DNA of 64,000 bases from Nitrospinota bacterium (GCA_013349585.1 DUZG01000001.1:3499-67498); one strand, 5' to 3'. Positions 1 through 9,771 are shown, numbered from the stretch's first letter. The notes: generated by a model from the sequence alone, not told the origin. Numbers and translations: made by a program.

Positions 1-2
1 TC

Positions 3-1259
3 GCATTCAACAAGTTTGTGTTGGGAGAAAATTTTTGTAAAGACGTTTTGAATCTTTCAGATGAGCAACTGGATTCCATTACTTTTAATTTGTTATCGCA
101 TTTGGGATATACCAATGAAGAAATTCAATCTGCAAACAATTTTATCTGCGGTCGCATGACGGTCGAGAATGCTCCGCATCTAAAAGAAAGACATTATTCA
201 GTTTTTGATTGTGCTACCAAATGCGGAAGATATGGCGAACGATTCATTCGTCCGGAAGCGCATATCCAGATGATGGCTGCAGCACAGCCTTTTCTTTCAG
301 GGGCTATTTCCAAAACCATTAATATGCCAAACGAAGCAAGCATTGAAGATGTAGAAAAGGCTCACATGCTTAGCTGGAAGCTCATGCTGAAGGGAACCGC
401 CGTATATCGAGATGGATCGAAACTCAGCCAACCTCTAAACAGCGTGGCGACCGAAAGCTTTAAAGAACTGCAAATGGAAGATGATGAGGTTGCCGCGCCT
501 CCGGTAGCGCCAGCTATGAAAGCTGCCGAACAGATTATTAAGGTTATTGAGCACAAACGTAGGGCTCTGCCACATCGGCGCAAAGGCTACACTCAGAAAG
601 CGTCCATTGGCGGACACAAGGTTTATCTTAGAACAGGTGAATATGACGATGGCACTCTCGGGGAGATTTTCATCGATATGCATAAGGAAGGCGCGGCCTA
701 CCGAAGTCTGATGAACTGCTTTGCAATTGCCATTTCTTTAGGACTGCAACATGGGGTTCCTCTGGAAGAATTTGTAGACGCTTTCGTTTTCACTCGCTTT
801 GAACCCAATGGAATGGTTACGGGAAATAAGTCCATCAGCATGTCCACTTCCACCATTGACTATATCTTCCGTGAATTGGCAATCAGCTATCTGGGGCGTG
901 ACGATCTCGCACAGGTAACCCCGGATGATTTACGGTCCGATTCTATTGGTAAAAAAAATCAGCAGTCGAGTGATGAAGATGATGCCCCCGTATTAAAAAG
1001 TGAAAAGAAAGAATCCTCCGAAACCAATGCGCAGGTTGCCCCCGTTACTCAGGCCGTTCCAACTAACGGAAACGGTAATGGAAATGGCAACGGTGCTACG
1101 AAATTGAGTGGAGGTACTGCTGTTGCCACCACAGCTGTGATTGCCAAGCTTAAAGGATATGAAGGAGATGCGTGTCAGGAATGCGGTAGCTTGACGCTGG
1201 TGCGAAATGGTACGTGTTTAAAATGCATGACCTGCGGAGCGACATCAGGCTGCTCTTGA
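3..1259 (+). CDS. nrdJ: Adenosylcobalamin-dependent (class II) ribonucleotide reductase, C-terminal part; the 5' end lies outside the window
   Basis: The frame is open from the window edge. Conserved RNR core strings are present ([72 protein letters not shown]). The Cys-rich tail [28 protein letters not shown] is typical of NrdJ. Confidence 0.85.
   Translation, partial: AFNKFVLGENFCKDVLNLSDEQLDSITFNLLSHLGYTNEEIQSANNFICGRMTVENAPHLKERHYSVFDCATKCGRYGERFIRPEAHIQMMAAAQPFLSGAISKTINMPNEASIEDVEKAHMLSWKLMLKGTAVYRDGSKLSQPLNSVATESFKELQMEDDEVAAPPVAPAMKAAEQIIKVIEHKRRALPHRRKGYTQKASIGGHKVYLRTGEYDDGTLGEIFIDMHKEGAAYRSLMNCFAIAISLGLQHGVPLEEFVDAFVFTRFEPNGMVTGNKSISMSTSTIDYIFRELAISYLGRDDLAQVTPDDLRSDSIGKKNQQSSDEDDAPVLKSEKKESSETNAQVAPVTQAVPTNGNGNGNGNGATKLSGGTAVATTAVIAKLKGYEGDACQECGSLTLVRNGTCLKCMTCGATSGCS
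1065..1094 (+). repeat. (AAY-GGN)x5 hexanucleotide repeat encoding NGNGNGNGNG in the NrdJ C-terminal linker
   Basis: Read directly: aac gga aac ggt aat gga aat ggc aac ggt, in frame with the ORF that starts at 18. Confidence 0.9.
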
Positions 1260-1655
1260 TTTAAACCCACCTCATTTAAGTTATTTGTTTGCAGGAGTTT
1301 GGCCGGCGATTTCTTCGCTGGCCTCTCAGCTTTCTAGCCCTCTTACGAGAGTGGCTATTGGTCAATTGACTCAAACTCTCAGTGCATTAGCCTGATTGAT
1401 GAAACATTCAAAGTAACCCTGACTGGCTCCTGCTAAAATATACCCTGTTGTAAACCCCCGGAAATCAATGGTCTTCCCGCCACATATCTCACCGATTGTC
1501 TTGAAAATAGGAAACAGTAAAAAGATATAATGTGATCGAAGAACTTTGGCTTCCGACCCAAAACGGAGGTTAGATGCGTGTAGGTCATTATCATTTTTAA
1601 CTAAACAAACTATTTCAAAGGTTGCTGAATATCGGAAGAAAAATCAGAGGAGCAG

Positions 1656-3208
1656 TTGGAATATGAAAAGAGGCTTCATGGCAGAGAAGAGATGAAGAAA
1701 CCTATATCACTTAGCGAAATACAAAATCAATACTTTAAATTCATAGAGCATAATTTTGATGTTTTATATAAGGTCATGCTAGAGAAAAAATTAACTCCTC
1801 ATGATATCGGAATGTCATTGACAAAAAACTCCAATGAATACGAAAAGTGGACCAAAGATTTAGATAAGTTTCTATCTCTTATTGATGAATTCTGGGAATC
1901 TGCAGGTGAAATAGCACAAATGCATATTGATGACATGCATGGGAATGTTAAAGGTGTTTTTGGCGGCGATTTGTTTGCGTCACACGGTGAAAACATAGCG
2001 TCAAAATGCGGTATCTATACAGATACAATAGTCTTTCCAGATCCCTTTCTTCGAATAAAGTATATTTTTGAACAAAACAACAAAGAAGATCAAACTTATT
2101 ATCTAATAAAGCATGGTTTGAATATCCTTCAATACAAGCTGCTCGCATGTGCTGATATTAAAACCCCTATTGTAGCCATCCTTCCAGATCTATCTATCCT
2201 TGAGAATAATGAGCAAAAGCTTTTCTTTCAACTTGGGCAGAAAGACTCTCTATGACACTCAGAAAAACTTTTCGGACGAAAAATTAAGTCAGCTGAAGAA
2301 CTATTTGAATTTTTTCAGACCCTGGATACTATTGAAAAAGCTGTAGCTGAAATAAAAAAATGACAACAGGATGCTATTTGACACGACATGGAAAGAAGAT
2401 ACCCCTACTAAGCTAAGAAAAGCTATGGCAAAAGATAATATAAATTTGACGGGTTCACAGTCTCCAGGCCAAATATTGGTAGCGTAGTCAGTTAGCCGGC
2501 TGGGTATTTGCAATGAACTACTTGTCAAATCTAGAAGGCTCAACGGAACACCCATTATTGATGCCCCGACCTTCTTGGCAATATCTGGTATGGAAAATGG
2601 AATATAATGCCGATAGAGCCGAACAAGAAACCGAAGTTCAAAACTTAAATATCGTTAAAGGCTTACAGGAATTAGCAGGCAGTGATATGGAATGGCTTGG
2701 AAACATCCTTCCCGACGCTCTGATAGAAGTTCGCCAATAAGGTGCAATGGATGAGATTAGAGAGATTCTGGGAAACGGCGTAAACAATTTAGTTCAATCA
2801 AACCCCACCAACTTTCACCGAAGCCAAGATAAGATATTTGATAATATTAATGAGGCCTTTGAACAGCGTCAAAAAAATAAAAGAATTGCGTGAAAAAAAT
2901 GTAAATTTGCAGGAAAAGATATCGGGTCTTGGTTGGTAACGGGATTTTTGGGTATTACCGCAATTGCAACAGGAGTTCCGGTATGGGGCCTTGCTGCTAT
3001 TGCGGCTGATCAATTATTGGATGCTCCAAAATTAAAAGAAATTCCACAATCAATTCGTAACTTAGTTGCCGAAAATAACAAAGTTAATAAGTCATCTGTC
3101 GGAATGTTATTTAGTGTGAGTAAAAAAACTGAGGCCAACGTAAAAACCAAACGTCCACTTTTGGCCGATTTCTGCCAATTTATCCCGTTTTTATTTTCGA
3201 TTTTCTAA
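1656..3208 (+). pseudogene. Heavily degraded gene of unknown function (about 510 codons, putative C-terminal TM segment)
   Basis: Three ORF fragments (1656-2255, 2513-2740, 2933-3208) join into one reading. It has in-frame stops at 2253-2255 (TGA), about 2360 (TGA after an A7 run), 2738-2740 (TAA) and about 2890 (TGA), plus at least two frame changes between 2360 and 2590. The sequence between fragments still looks protein-like (HSEKLFGRKIKSAEELFEFFQTLDTIEKAVAEIKK; GAMDEIREILGNGVNNLVQSNPTNF). Confidence 0.6.
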
Positions 3209-3279
3209 CATTTTTTCAAAAGATATTTAACTATTTCCAGATGCACAATTATTGTGACAGGAAAAAATAGTATCGACCT

Positions 3280-4143
3280 CTAGAGTCCAGCTTCACGCTG
3301 GCAGCGGAAGCCGAAGGTTGGATTTTTCAGTTTTGCGTCTACCTTGTTACGAAAAGAAATTTTGGACTGATTATTGTAGCTGGTCCAGCCGCCTCCCTTT
3401 ACAATTTGCAAACCTTTGTTTTTTGTCTGCACCCATTCCCAAACATTGCCTGTCATATCCATGATTCCATAAGGGCTTGCGCCTACATCAAAAGAAGCCA
3501 CGGGTGCAACGGATAAATATCCGTCTTCTTTGCCAAACGTGTTGGCATGTTGAGGTAGAAACTCATTTCCCCAGGGCCAGGTGTTGGTCGAGTTGCCCCG
3601 GGCCGCAGCTTCCCATTCTTCTTCACTTGGTAAACGTTTGCCAGCCCATTGGCAATATTTTCGTGCCTGATTCCAGTTGATTCCCATGGCGGGGCATTGC
3701 GGGCAGGGTTTGCCATTTGTATAAGGCTTTTCACTATATAGCGGTTGGAATTTTTGAAAATTATCTACAGTTATTTCTGTCCTATCAATGTAGAAAGCCG
3801 AGAGTGTTACAAAATGGGAGCTGTTTGCATCGGGACGGGGGGTTCCACTTGCCGCTATTTTTTTTTCACCGACAAGGTATTTTCCCTGATTGATTAGGAT
3901 CATCAATGTCTGATCCTTCTCATTTAAAATAGTGGGAAGAAGAGAGGTGTTACTTGTTGTAAGTCGTGGAAGGCTTTTCAGTTTTTGAGGAGGTTTCTTT
4001 TTTGCCTGAACTGGTTTATTCTGGGATTTTTTATAGTAGCGTTCAGAGCTGTCCTGTTTTGCATATCTTTTTCGATGCTTCTTGGCAGGCGTGCAGGCAC
4101 TCACCCAGGTAAATATAAGGATGAAGGCAATAATCAGTCTCAA
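3280..4143 (-). CDS. FGE-sulfatase (SUMF1/formylglycine-generating enzyme) domain lipoprotein
   Basis: Lipobox WVSAC at the N-terminus. FGE-family motifs are present: RLPSEEEWEAAARG, MTGNVWEWV, VKGGGW, NPTFGFRC. The start overlaps the upstream TPR gene by 4 nt (ATGA). Confidence 0.8.
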   Translation of the reverse strand: MRLIIAFILIFTWVSACTPAKKHRKRYAKQDSSERYYKKSQNKPVQAKKKPPQKLKSLPRLTTSNTSLLPTILNEKDQTLMILINQGKYLVGEKKIAASGTPRPDANSSHFVTLSAFYIDRTEITVDNFQKFQPLYSEKPYTNGKPCPQCPAMGINWNQARKYCQWAGKRLPSEEEWEAAARGNSTNTWPWGNEFLPQHANTFGKEDGYLSVAPVASFDVGASPYGIMDMTGNVWEWVQTKNKGLQIVKGGGWTSYNNQSKISFRNKVDAKLKNPTFGFRCQREAGL

Positions 4144-4556
4144 TGTTCTTTCTGGCTCATGAGCGAATCCATTTTCCCTTTCAGGCGGCGATACTTTTTA
4201 TAGCTTGCTTCTGCTTCATCTTTCTTACCCATCAATTCGTAGGTGTAACCCAGGCTATACCAAGCGTTGTGATGGGTGGGGTCGATTTTTAAAACCGATT
4301 TAAATACTTGCTCAGCATCTTTAAATTTTTTCTGATAATTGTAGATACCTCCGAGACTATAATAGCCATCTACGTTATTTGCATCTTTCTCTATTGCTTT
4401 TAAAAAGGATTTTTTGGAGGAGTCATATTGTTCGTGATTTAAATGCTCCAATCCTTCCTGTACATATTCACCGCTATTTTTGTCGCTGCATTGAGTTAAA
4501 ATCATTCCTAACAGGATCAATGCTAAAAATTTATAGAAAGGGCGAATCATCTTCAC
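4140..4556 (-). CDS. TPR-repeat lipoprotein
   Basis: Signal peptide with lipobox (LTQC). TPR-like repeats are visible (YYSLGGIYNYQKKFKDAEQVFKSVLKIDPTHHNAWYSLGYTYELMGKKDEA). It is translationally coupled to the FGE-domain gene. Confidence 0.7.
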   Translation of the reverse strand: MKMIRPFYKFLALILLGMILTQCSDKNSGEYVQEGLEHLNHEQYDSSKKSFLKAIEKDANNVDGYYSLGGIYNYQKKFKDAEQVFKSVLKIDPTHHNAWYSLGYTYELMGKKDEAEASYKKYRRLKGKMDSLMSQKEH

Positions 4557-4660
4557 CTGCCTTAATAATGTTTGCTAACCTGTTTCCTAAATTTCGGAAA
4601 CATATAGTGTCAATATAACACCAATGCTTATTCTCCATTATATTTAAAACGGAAAGCAAT

Positions 4661-5848
4661 ATGACACTCTTTGATATTCTTCTTCTATCCGGCGTTGTCA
4701 CGTTAGCCGTGATGCTCAGTATAAAGAATGAGCTGATCGGAGGCTATCGCCTTTTGTCGTGGATGAAAAGGCGATTGGCTTTATTGAAAGAACGTGGTCA
4801 AAAAACTATCTTGGAAAAAGAACAACTGGCTATTCAGGAAACATTGATGGCTTGCGAGGGATTGTGGAATATTAGTTTTGAAGAATGGGATTTTAAATCT
4901 GCAACACTTTCTTTGATCAAAAAAATTGCTTTTATTTATCATCCAAATGAAAAGTCTCCAATAGAGCAAGCGCGGTTGGAAGATGTCCTCGAAGCATTGC
5001 AGGAAGCAAACCAGAAAATTTTACATGTCATTCATCTTCCCCAGGTTGAATATGTGACGCAGTTTCGGGTTGCTCATATTTTTAAAAACTACAAGACATC
5101 ACCCAATAACTCAAGAGACACCGGGCCAAGCAAATCAGGAATAAAAAGCCGTTTGTTAAAACCATTAATTCTTAAGTGGGTTGTCAGGTCGCTTCTCATT
5201 CAGTGGGTGTTATTGGTAGGAGAGGCTGCACTCAAGGTCTATGGAGGCGATAAGGAAGAAGGGGGAGTGGAAGCCGAAGCCGTTCTTGCGGATTTGGAAA
5301 ACCTTCCGGATGCACCGGATATACCGTTGCCTGAGAGTGTGAAAAAGATTGTTGAGTCTTCGAAAAAGAAGATCGTTTTTTCGCCGACTGAAATTCCTTG
5401 GAGAAAGGTCGGGCAAATTTATTTTATACTCACAGATCAAATTGCCCGACACTACCATTCTGATTCTACTTTCCCAATATACGAAGCACGTGTTTGCGAT
5501 TTGCTCAAGTCTGTTGCCGACTTTCTGGAGGGGGTAACTCGATTGGGCCAGAAACCCGTATTGAATAAAATTTTGAAAATTCGAATCTCACGATTGACGC
5601 AAGCGAAAGACCTCGCTCTTCCTTTTGGACAGAATAAGATTTCGGAATGGGTGAACAAGTATCAGGTAGGCGGTATCGCTAAATGGTCGCATACACTATA
5701 TAGAACCCTGCAGAAAAAACAGCCGGGAATCCTTTTGCGAGATGTTGTCCTTGGAATTGTTAAGGAGGGAGGCAAACGCTGGTTCGTTTTATATCTCCAT
5801 GGTAAAGTTGCCGCCGAAGCGAATAAGCTTTATGACCCAAACCCTTAA
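4661..5848 (+). CDS. Hypothetical protein with an N-terminal TM anchor
   Basis: Long uninterrupted ORF with a hydrophobic N-terminus (LLLSGVVTLAVMLSI). I recognise no family motif. Confidence 0.5.
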   Translation: MTLFDILLLSGVVTLAVMLSIKNELIGGYRLLSWMKRRLALLKERGQKTILEKEQLAIQETLMACEGLWNISFEEWDFKSATLSLIKKIAFIYHPNEKSPIEQARLEDVLEALQEANQKILHVIHLPQVEYVTQFRVAHIFKNYKTSPNNSRDTGPSKSGIKSRLLKPLILKWVVRSLLIQWVLLVGEAALKVYGGDKEEGGVEAEAVLADLENLPDAPDIPLPESVKKIVESSKKKIVFSPTEIPWRKVGQIYFILTDQIARHYHSDSTFPIYEARVCDLLKSVADFLEGVTRLGQKPVLNKILKIRISRLTQAKDLALPFGQNKISEWVNKYQVGGIAKWSHTLYRTLQKKQPGILLRDVVLGIVKEGGKRWFVLYLHGKVAAEANKLYDPNP

Positions 5849-5850
5849 AT

Positions 5851-6684
5851 TTATTTTTTCTTGTGTAACGAATAGGAAACTCGGATACCACTAGTATATA
5901 TATCGGCCCAGTGGGAGGATTTTTTTTGCTGGGGTGTGAGCAAGTCGTGATAGGTACAAGGCCGGATTCCGTATGTCGACCAGTCCAGTTTTTTGAATTG
6001 AGCGTTCAGAGACTGAAACCAAATTTCAAGTAGCTCAGCGCTGGGTAATGTGATCAGGCTGAGGTCTTTGCTGCGGTAATCAAAGGAATGTGGCAGTGTG
6101 TAATCTTTTTTTTCGGGTTGCGTCAACGCAGTGAGAAGGATCGGAAGCTTTAGTGTTTCTTCATTGACGTTTTCATAAACCTGCGGTGCGTCTTTTCCTT
6201 GAATAGCAGCATAGGCTGCTGTGAAAGTGTCGAGGATCACAGTTTCTTTTGCCGCACGCAACATGAGCTTGAGCAGTCGATAAGGTTCAGTTGTGTAATA
6301 AAGCATCCCTAAGCAAAGCACAGTATCAAAACTTCCTTCCTCAACATTCTCCAGATATTGCAGGGCATCCCCAACGGCCATGGAATATTTTTCCTTCGCA
6401 ATATTGAGTTCCTGAAATAATTCCTGCCCCAAACGAATCATTTTTTCTTCCGTATCGATTCCCTGAATGAAATCCGCACCGGATTCTAAAGCCGCGTAAG
6501 CGAACGTTCCCATATGTGAGCCGACATCGAGAATTCTTTTCCCCTGGATATATTTCTGATTTTTTACCAGAAGATGGTCAAGTCTGGCATTGAGGCATTC
6601 GGGATGATATGGAATGGCCCATCTGGTTTTCCGGGTTTCGTGGGCGAGAAAGGGAGAATCGTCAGAAATTAGAGGTTTTTTCAT
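5851..6684 (-). CDS. Class I SAM-dependent methyltransferase
   Basis: Motif I ILDVGSHMGTFAYAALESGA and a post-I acidic residue (GIDTEE). Motif IV-like DTVLCLGMLYY. Confidence 0.7.
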   Translation of the reverse strand: MKKPLISDDSPFLAHETRKTRWAIPYHPECLNARLDHLLVKNQKYIQGKRILDVGSHMGTFAYAALESGADFIQGIDTEEKMIRLGQELFQELNIAKEKYSMAVGDALQYLENVEEGSFDTVLCLGMLYYTTEPYRLLKLMLRAAKETVILDTFTAAYAAIQGKDAPQVYENVNEETLKLPILLTALTQPEKKDYTLPHSFDYRSKDLSLITLPSAELLEIWFQSLNAQFKKLDWSTYGIRPCTYHDLLTPQQKKSSHWADIYTSGIRVSYSLHKKK

Positions 6685-7005
6685 ATCGAGATAAAAAAAT
6701 TATTTTTGTGCTTTTATGATTTTTTTGAGGCAATTTTAATGTAGCAGGAAAACCGAAACTATCCAATTTTAAAGGGGTTTCTATTCTATAGAAGGGGTCT
6801 TTTCTTAACTTAATCTGTTTTAATGGTTGTAGTTGTTTGATTTATTTGGAGTTATGGGTTTCTGTATAGAGGCGTAAAATATTATATTTAAAACCATCAA
6901 AACTGAAGTTATTTAGATGTTGGTTTATTTGTACGGCTCTTGTTTTATTGGGTGGAAAACCTGATAAATAAAATATTACCAGTTAATAAAATTAGCGAGT
7001 GAGTG

Positions 7006-7689
7006 ATGTCTTCTGTTGTTCAGATATTAAGTCCTCAAGCTGAAGAGTTGCAGGCCAAGCGGTGCGAGTTAGCAAAATTGCGCAAAAATCTGGCTGATCT
7101 TATTACTCAGGGCAAGTCGCGGTCTACAGTGGATTAGGCTTACAACGCGCTTAGCTATTTTCATAAGGCGGTTTACGATCAGCATCTGGTTCTGGAAGGG
7201 TTCAAAAGACCAGGGAAGAAATAATTAAATCCAGTAGTGCTTACCATTAGTGAGGCTAAAAGGATTGCGACTTCTGCTGAAAACTTGAAGCATTGATTGA
7301 TGATTGAAATAGCTTAAACCGCGGGGCTAAGGGTCTCTGAGCTGGTTGAGGTAAAGGTTCAGCATCTGAATCTGGAAAAGCTGAAAATATTTGTACCGGG
7401 AATCGGCAAACTGGGTGCCCGAACAACAATTTTTTCTATGGGTTTTAAAGATGCTTTACAAAGGCGGATTGGTAACAAAGGCCCGAATGATTATCTTTTT
7501 CTAAGTGAGAGAGGTGGAAATTTGACCACACGAAGTGTGACCAAGTTGTTCAAGGTTGCTTTGCAAACCTCGGGAGTTGAAAAGTAAGTAACTCCGCATT
7601 CGTTACGGCAGTCTTTCACAGATATCATGCTTGCCAAAGGAAACGATCAGGCTTTGGTGCAATCGTTATCAGGTCGTCGCGCCCTCTAG
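7006..7689 (+). pseudogene. Tyrosine recombinase / phage-type integrase relic; 5 internal stops and 3'-truncated before the catalytic Tyr
   Basis: A single frame from ATG 7006 reads ...AGLRVSELVEVKVQHLNLEKLKIFVPG...YLFLSERGGNLTTRSVTKLFKVALQTSGVEK*VTPHSLRQSFTDIMLAKGNDQALVQSLSGRRAL*. The integrase R and HxxR boxes are recognisable. Internal stops are TAG, TAA, TGA, TAA, TAA, and no frameshift is needed. Confidence 0.8.
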
Positions 7690-7763
7690 CGAGGGAGGCA
7701 ATTGGTCAATAACTTTCAAGCTGACAGATACGGTTTCCCTTTTTACTTTTGTCCGCCTGCATT

Positions 7764-7818
7764 CCCTCCCCTTACCATCAAGCCCGATGATTTGAGGGCT
7801 TGATGGGTAAGGGGAGGG
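7764..7818. terminator. Long near-perfect hairpin between convergent genes; putative bidirectional terminator or REP-like palindrome
   Basis: CCCTCCCCTTACCATCAAGCCC (7764-7785), a 10-nt loop, then GGGCTTGATGGGTAAGGGGAGGG (7796-7818). That is a 22-bp stem with one bulged G. It lies 24 nt past the stop of the minus-strand gene at 7842. The U-tract is weak. Confidence 0.5.
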
Positions 7819-7841
7819 TTAGATAAATTTCCCACCAAAAA

Positions 7842-8915
7842 TTAATCTACCGATTGGTATTGCATGTTGCGGCGTTGAGGGGTGAAGCCGCCATCGGTGA
7901 TAAGCCTTTTAATTTCTTCTTCGTCGAGAGAATAGACAGTGCCTGCTGCAGCCACTACATTTTCTTCCATCATCGTACTCCCCATATCATTGGCCCCATA
8001 GTAAAGAGAAACCTGTCCAATTTTGGGTCCCTGTGTTACCCATGAGGATTGCAAATTATCGAAGTTGTCGAGAAAAATTCTGCTGATAGCCAGAGTCTTT
8101 AAATAGTCGAACCCACTAACGGCTGTTGTTATCCCTGTTTGTCCTTGTAGTTCGGTATTTCCCGGTTGAAACCCCCATGCAATGAAAGCGGTGAATCCGC
8201 CTGTTTTATCCTGCAGTTGACGGAGCCGATTGAGGTGTTCGATCCGCTCTTCCAAGGTCTCTACATGACCGAACATCATAGTAGCGGTGGTGGGGATATC
8301 CATTTGATGCGCCTGCTCCATCACTTCCAGCCACTCGTCACTATTGCATTTTTTTGGACTGATGATCTGCCGTACTCGATCCACAAGAATTTCTGCGCCA
8401 CCTCCGGGTATGGAGTCAAGTCCTGCCGCTTTCATTCTTTTTAAAGTTTCATTCAGAGATATTTTAGATATCCGACTGGTATGCAGTATCTCGGAAGGCG
8501 AGAGTGCATGCAGATGAATATTATATTTTGCTTTGATATTTTTAAACAGGTCTTCAAAATAATCGATTTTGAGATTATTGTTATGTCCACCCTGAAGCAA
8601 TATCTGCTGCCCGCCAATTGCCAGGGTTTCTTCGATTTTTTTTGCAATGGTTTCGAAAGGCAGGACGTATGCATCTTTGTCGGGTTCTTTTCGGTAAAAA
8701 GCACAGAAGGAACAGTCAGTGACACAGATGTTAGTGTAGTTGATATTGCGATCAACGATATATGTTACCGTTTTATTTTTTTTGAGTTTTTTCCGGGTAA
8801 GTCGCGATGCCACATTTCCGAGCAATAGAATATCTTTTGCGCTGAAAAGTTTAACCGCTTCAGAAGGTTCGAGGCGTTGTCCTGCAATAGCTTTTTCGAG
8901 GATGAATTCAATCAT
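7842..8915 (-). CDS. mqnC: Radical SAM enzyme of the futalosine menaquinone pathway (MqnC-type; MqnE not excluded)
   Basis: Motifs: NINYTNICVTDCSFCAFYR (CxxxCxxC), LLQGGHN, GGGAEIL, TATMMFGHVETLEERIEHL, GGFTAFIAWGFQPGNT, SSWVTQG, GANDMGSTMMEENVVAAAG. I chose the start at M24 (ATG 8915), which overlaps the upstream stop by 8 nt. The ORF track offers 8984. Confidence 0.75.
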   Translation of the reverse strand: MIEFILEKAIAGQRLEPSEAVKLFSAKDILLLGNVASRLTRKKLKKNKTVTYIVDRNINYTNICVTDCSFCAFYRKEPDKDAYVLPFETIAKKIEETLAIGGQQILLQGGHNNNLKIDYFEDLFKNIKAKYNIHLHALSPSEILHTSRISKISLNETLKRMKAAGLDSIPGGGAEILVDRVRQIISPKKCNSDEWLEVMEQAHQMDIPTTATMMFGHVETLEERIEHLNRLRQLQDKTGGFTAFIAWGFQPGNTELQGQTGITTAVSGFDYLKTLAISRIFLDNFDNLQSSWVTQGPKIGQVSLYYGANDMGSTMMEENVVAAAGTVYSLDEEEIKRLITDGGFTPQRRNMQYQSVD

Positions 8916-9303
8916 TAGGATTGTCGCAATGAATTTCCAGGTGATTGTCATCGGGATCATTGAAATAGATAGACTCTCCATCACCTCGTTTAACCGGGCC
9001 GCTATCTATATGGATGTTTTTAGATTGAAGTTCTTTAACGACACTTTCAAAGTCCGCGTGGTCAGCTTCGAAGGCAAGGTGTAGATAGCCTTCTTCACTT
9101 AAAAGGTTCATGGCCTCTTTGACTTCCAATTCAGGGGCTTCAAAAAGGGCGATGGCGGCGTTTCCGGTTTCCAGCATAAGATGCCGCAGTCCTTTGGAAA
9201 ATCGGTGCGTTACTTGGAATCCCAATACATCGATGTAGAACCTTTCGGCTCGATCGAGATCTTTTACATTGAGAGCAATATGATGAATACCATTGAGTTG
9301 CAT
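8908..9303 (-). CDS. VOC-family (glyoxalase/bleomycin-resistance/dioxygenase fold) protein
   Basis: GIHHIALNVKDLDRAERFYIDVLGF ... HLAFE ... SIYFNDPDDNHLEIH is the typical paired beta-alpha-beta-beta-beta VOC signature. Confidence 0.75.
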   Translation of the reverse strand: MQLNGIHHIALNVKDLDRAERFYIDVLGFQVTHRFSKGLRHLMLETGNAAIALFEAPELEVKEAMNLLSEEGYLHLAFEADHADFESVVKELQSKNIHIDSGPVKRGDGESIYFNDPDDNHLEIHCDNPND

Positions 9304-9314
9304 GACAGGGAGGG

Positions 9315-9692
9315 CTAAAGAGTTCCGGGGCCAGCACCAGCTGGTAGTGAGAGTCCATCAACACCGAGATCACCCATCGCCTCTTCTTCGGTTACTATGA
9401 AAATATGGTATCCGAATTTGCTTTTTATGGGGCCACGCACTTCTCCGACAGGGGTTTCCATTGCAGCTTTTTCAAGTTCCGGTGCGGAGGTATTGAATTC
9501 GATGAAACCTAAATCGCCGCCTTTGTTCCGGGTGCCGCAGGCACTGTATTTTTTTGCCATCTTTGCAAACACCTTAAACAGCATTTCCTTGTCTTTATAT
9601 TCATCTTCTCTAAGATGATCGAGCAGAACATTTGCCAGCTCTTCTGTGGATAAAACAATATGGCTTACTCGAATAGATCTTATGGGTGGCAT
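9315..9692 (-). CDS. Parvulin-type peptidyl-prolyl cis-trans isomerase (PpiC-like)
   Basis: Motifs: RVSHIVL ... CGTRNKGGDLGFIEF ... GPIKSKFGYHIFIV. Confidence 0.8.
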   Translation of the reverse strand: MPPIRSIRVSHIVLSTEELANVLLDHLREDEYKDKEMLFKVFAKMAKKYSACGTRNKGGDLGFIEFNTSAPELEKAAMETPVGEVRGPIKSKFGYHIFIVTEEEAMGDLGVDGLSLPAGAGPGTL

Positions 9693-9771
9693 TTTGGCAT
9701 CCTCGCCCTTTGCGTTTGGAATAATTTATATTTCCAAATTATACGGGAACTGGCAGTTAAAAAGAAGGAAA

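Noticed and set aside
1290-1325. Hairpin GGCCGGCGatttcttCGCTGGCC after nrdJ, considered as a terminator.
   Set aside because: The stem has a mismatch or wobble and there is no following T-tract. It is too weak to call.
3280-3420. Possible diversity-generating retroelement target. FGE-sulfatase/C-type-lectin-fold proteins often carry a DGR variable region at the C-terminus (GGGWTSYNNQSKISFRNK...GFRC).
   Set aside because: No reverse transcriptase motif (YxDD, IGNxxSQ) appears in any ORF in the window. I could not see a nearby template repeat resembling 3290-3420. The C-terminal sequence fits an ordinary FGE domain.
3280-4143. The FGE-domain protein considered as a NirV-like accessory factor of NirK.
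   Set aside because: It lies about 50 kb from nirK, inside the putative decayed island, and is coupled to a TPR lipoprotein. There is no positional support.
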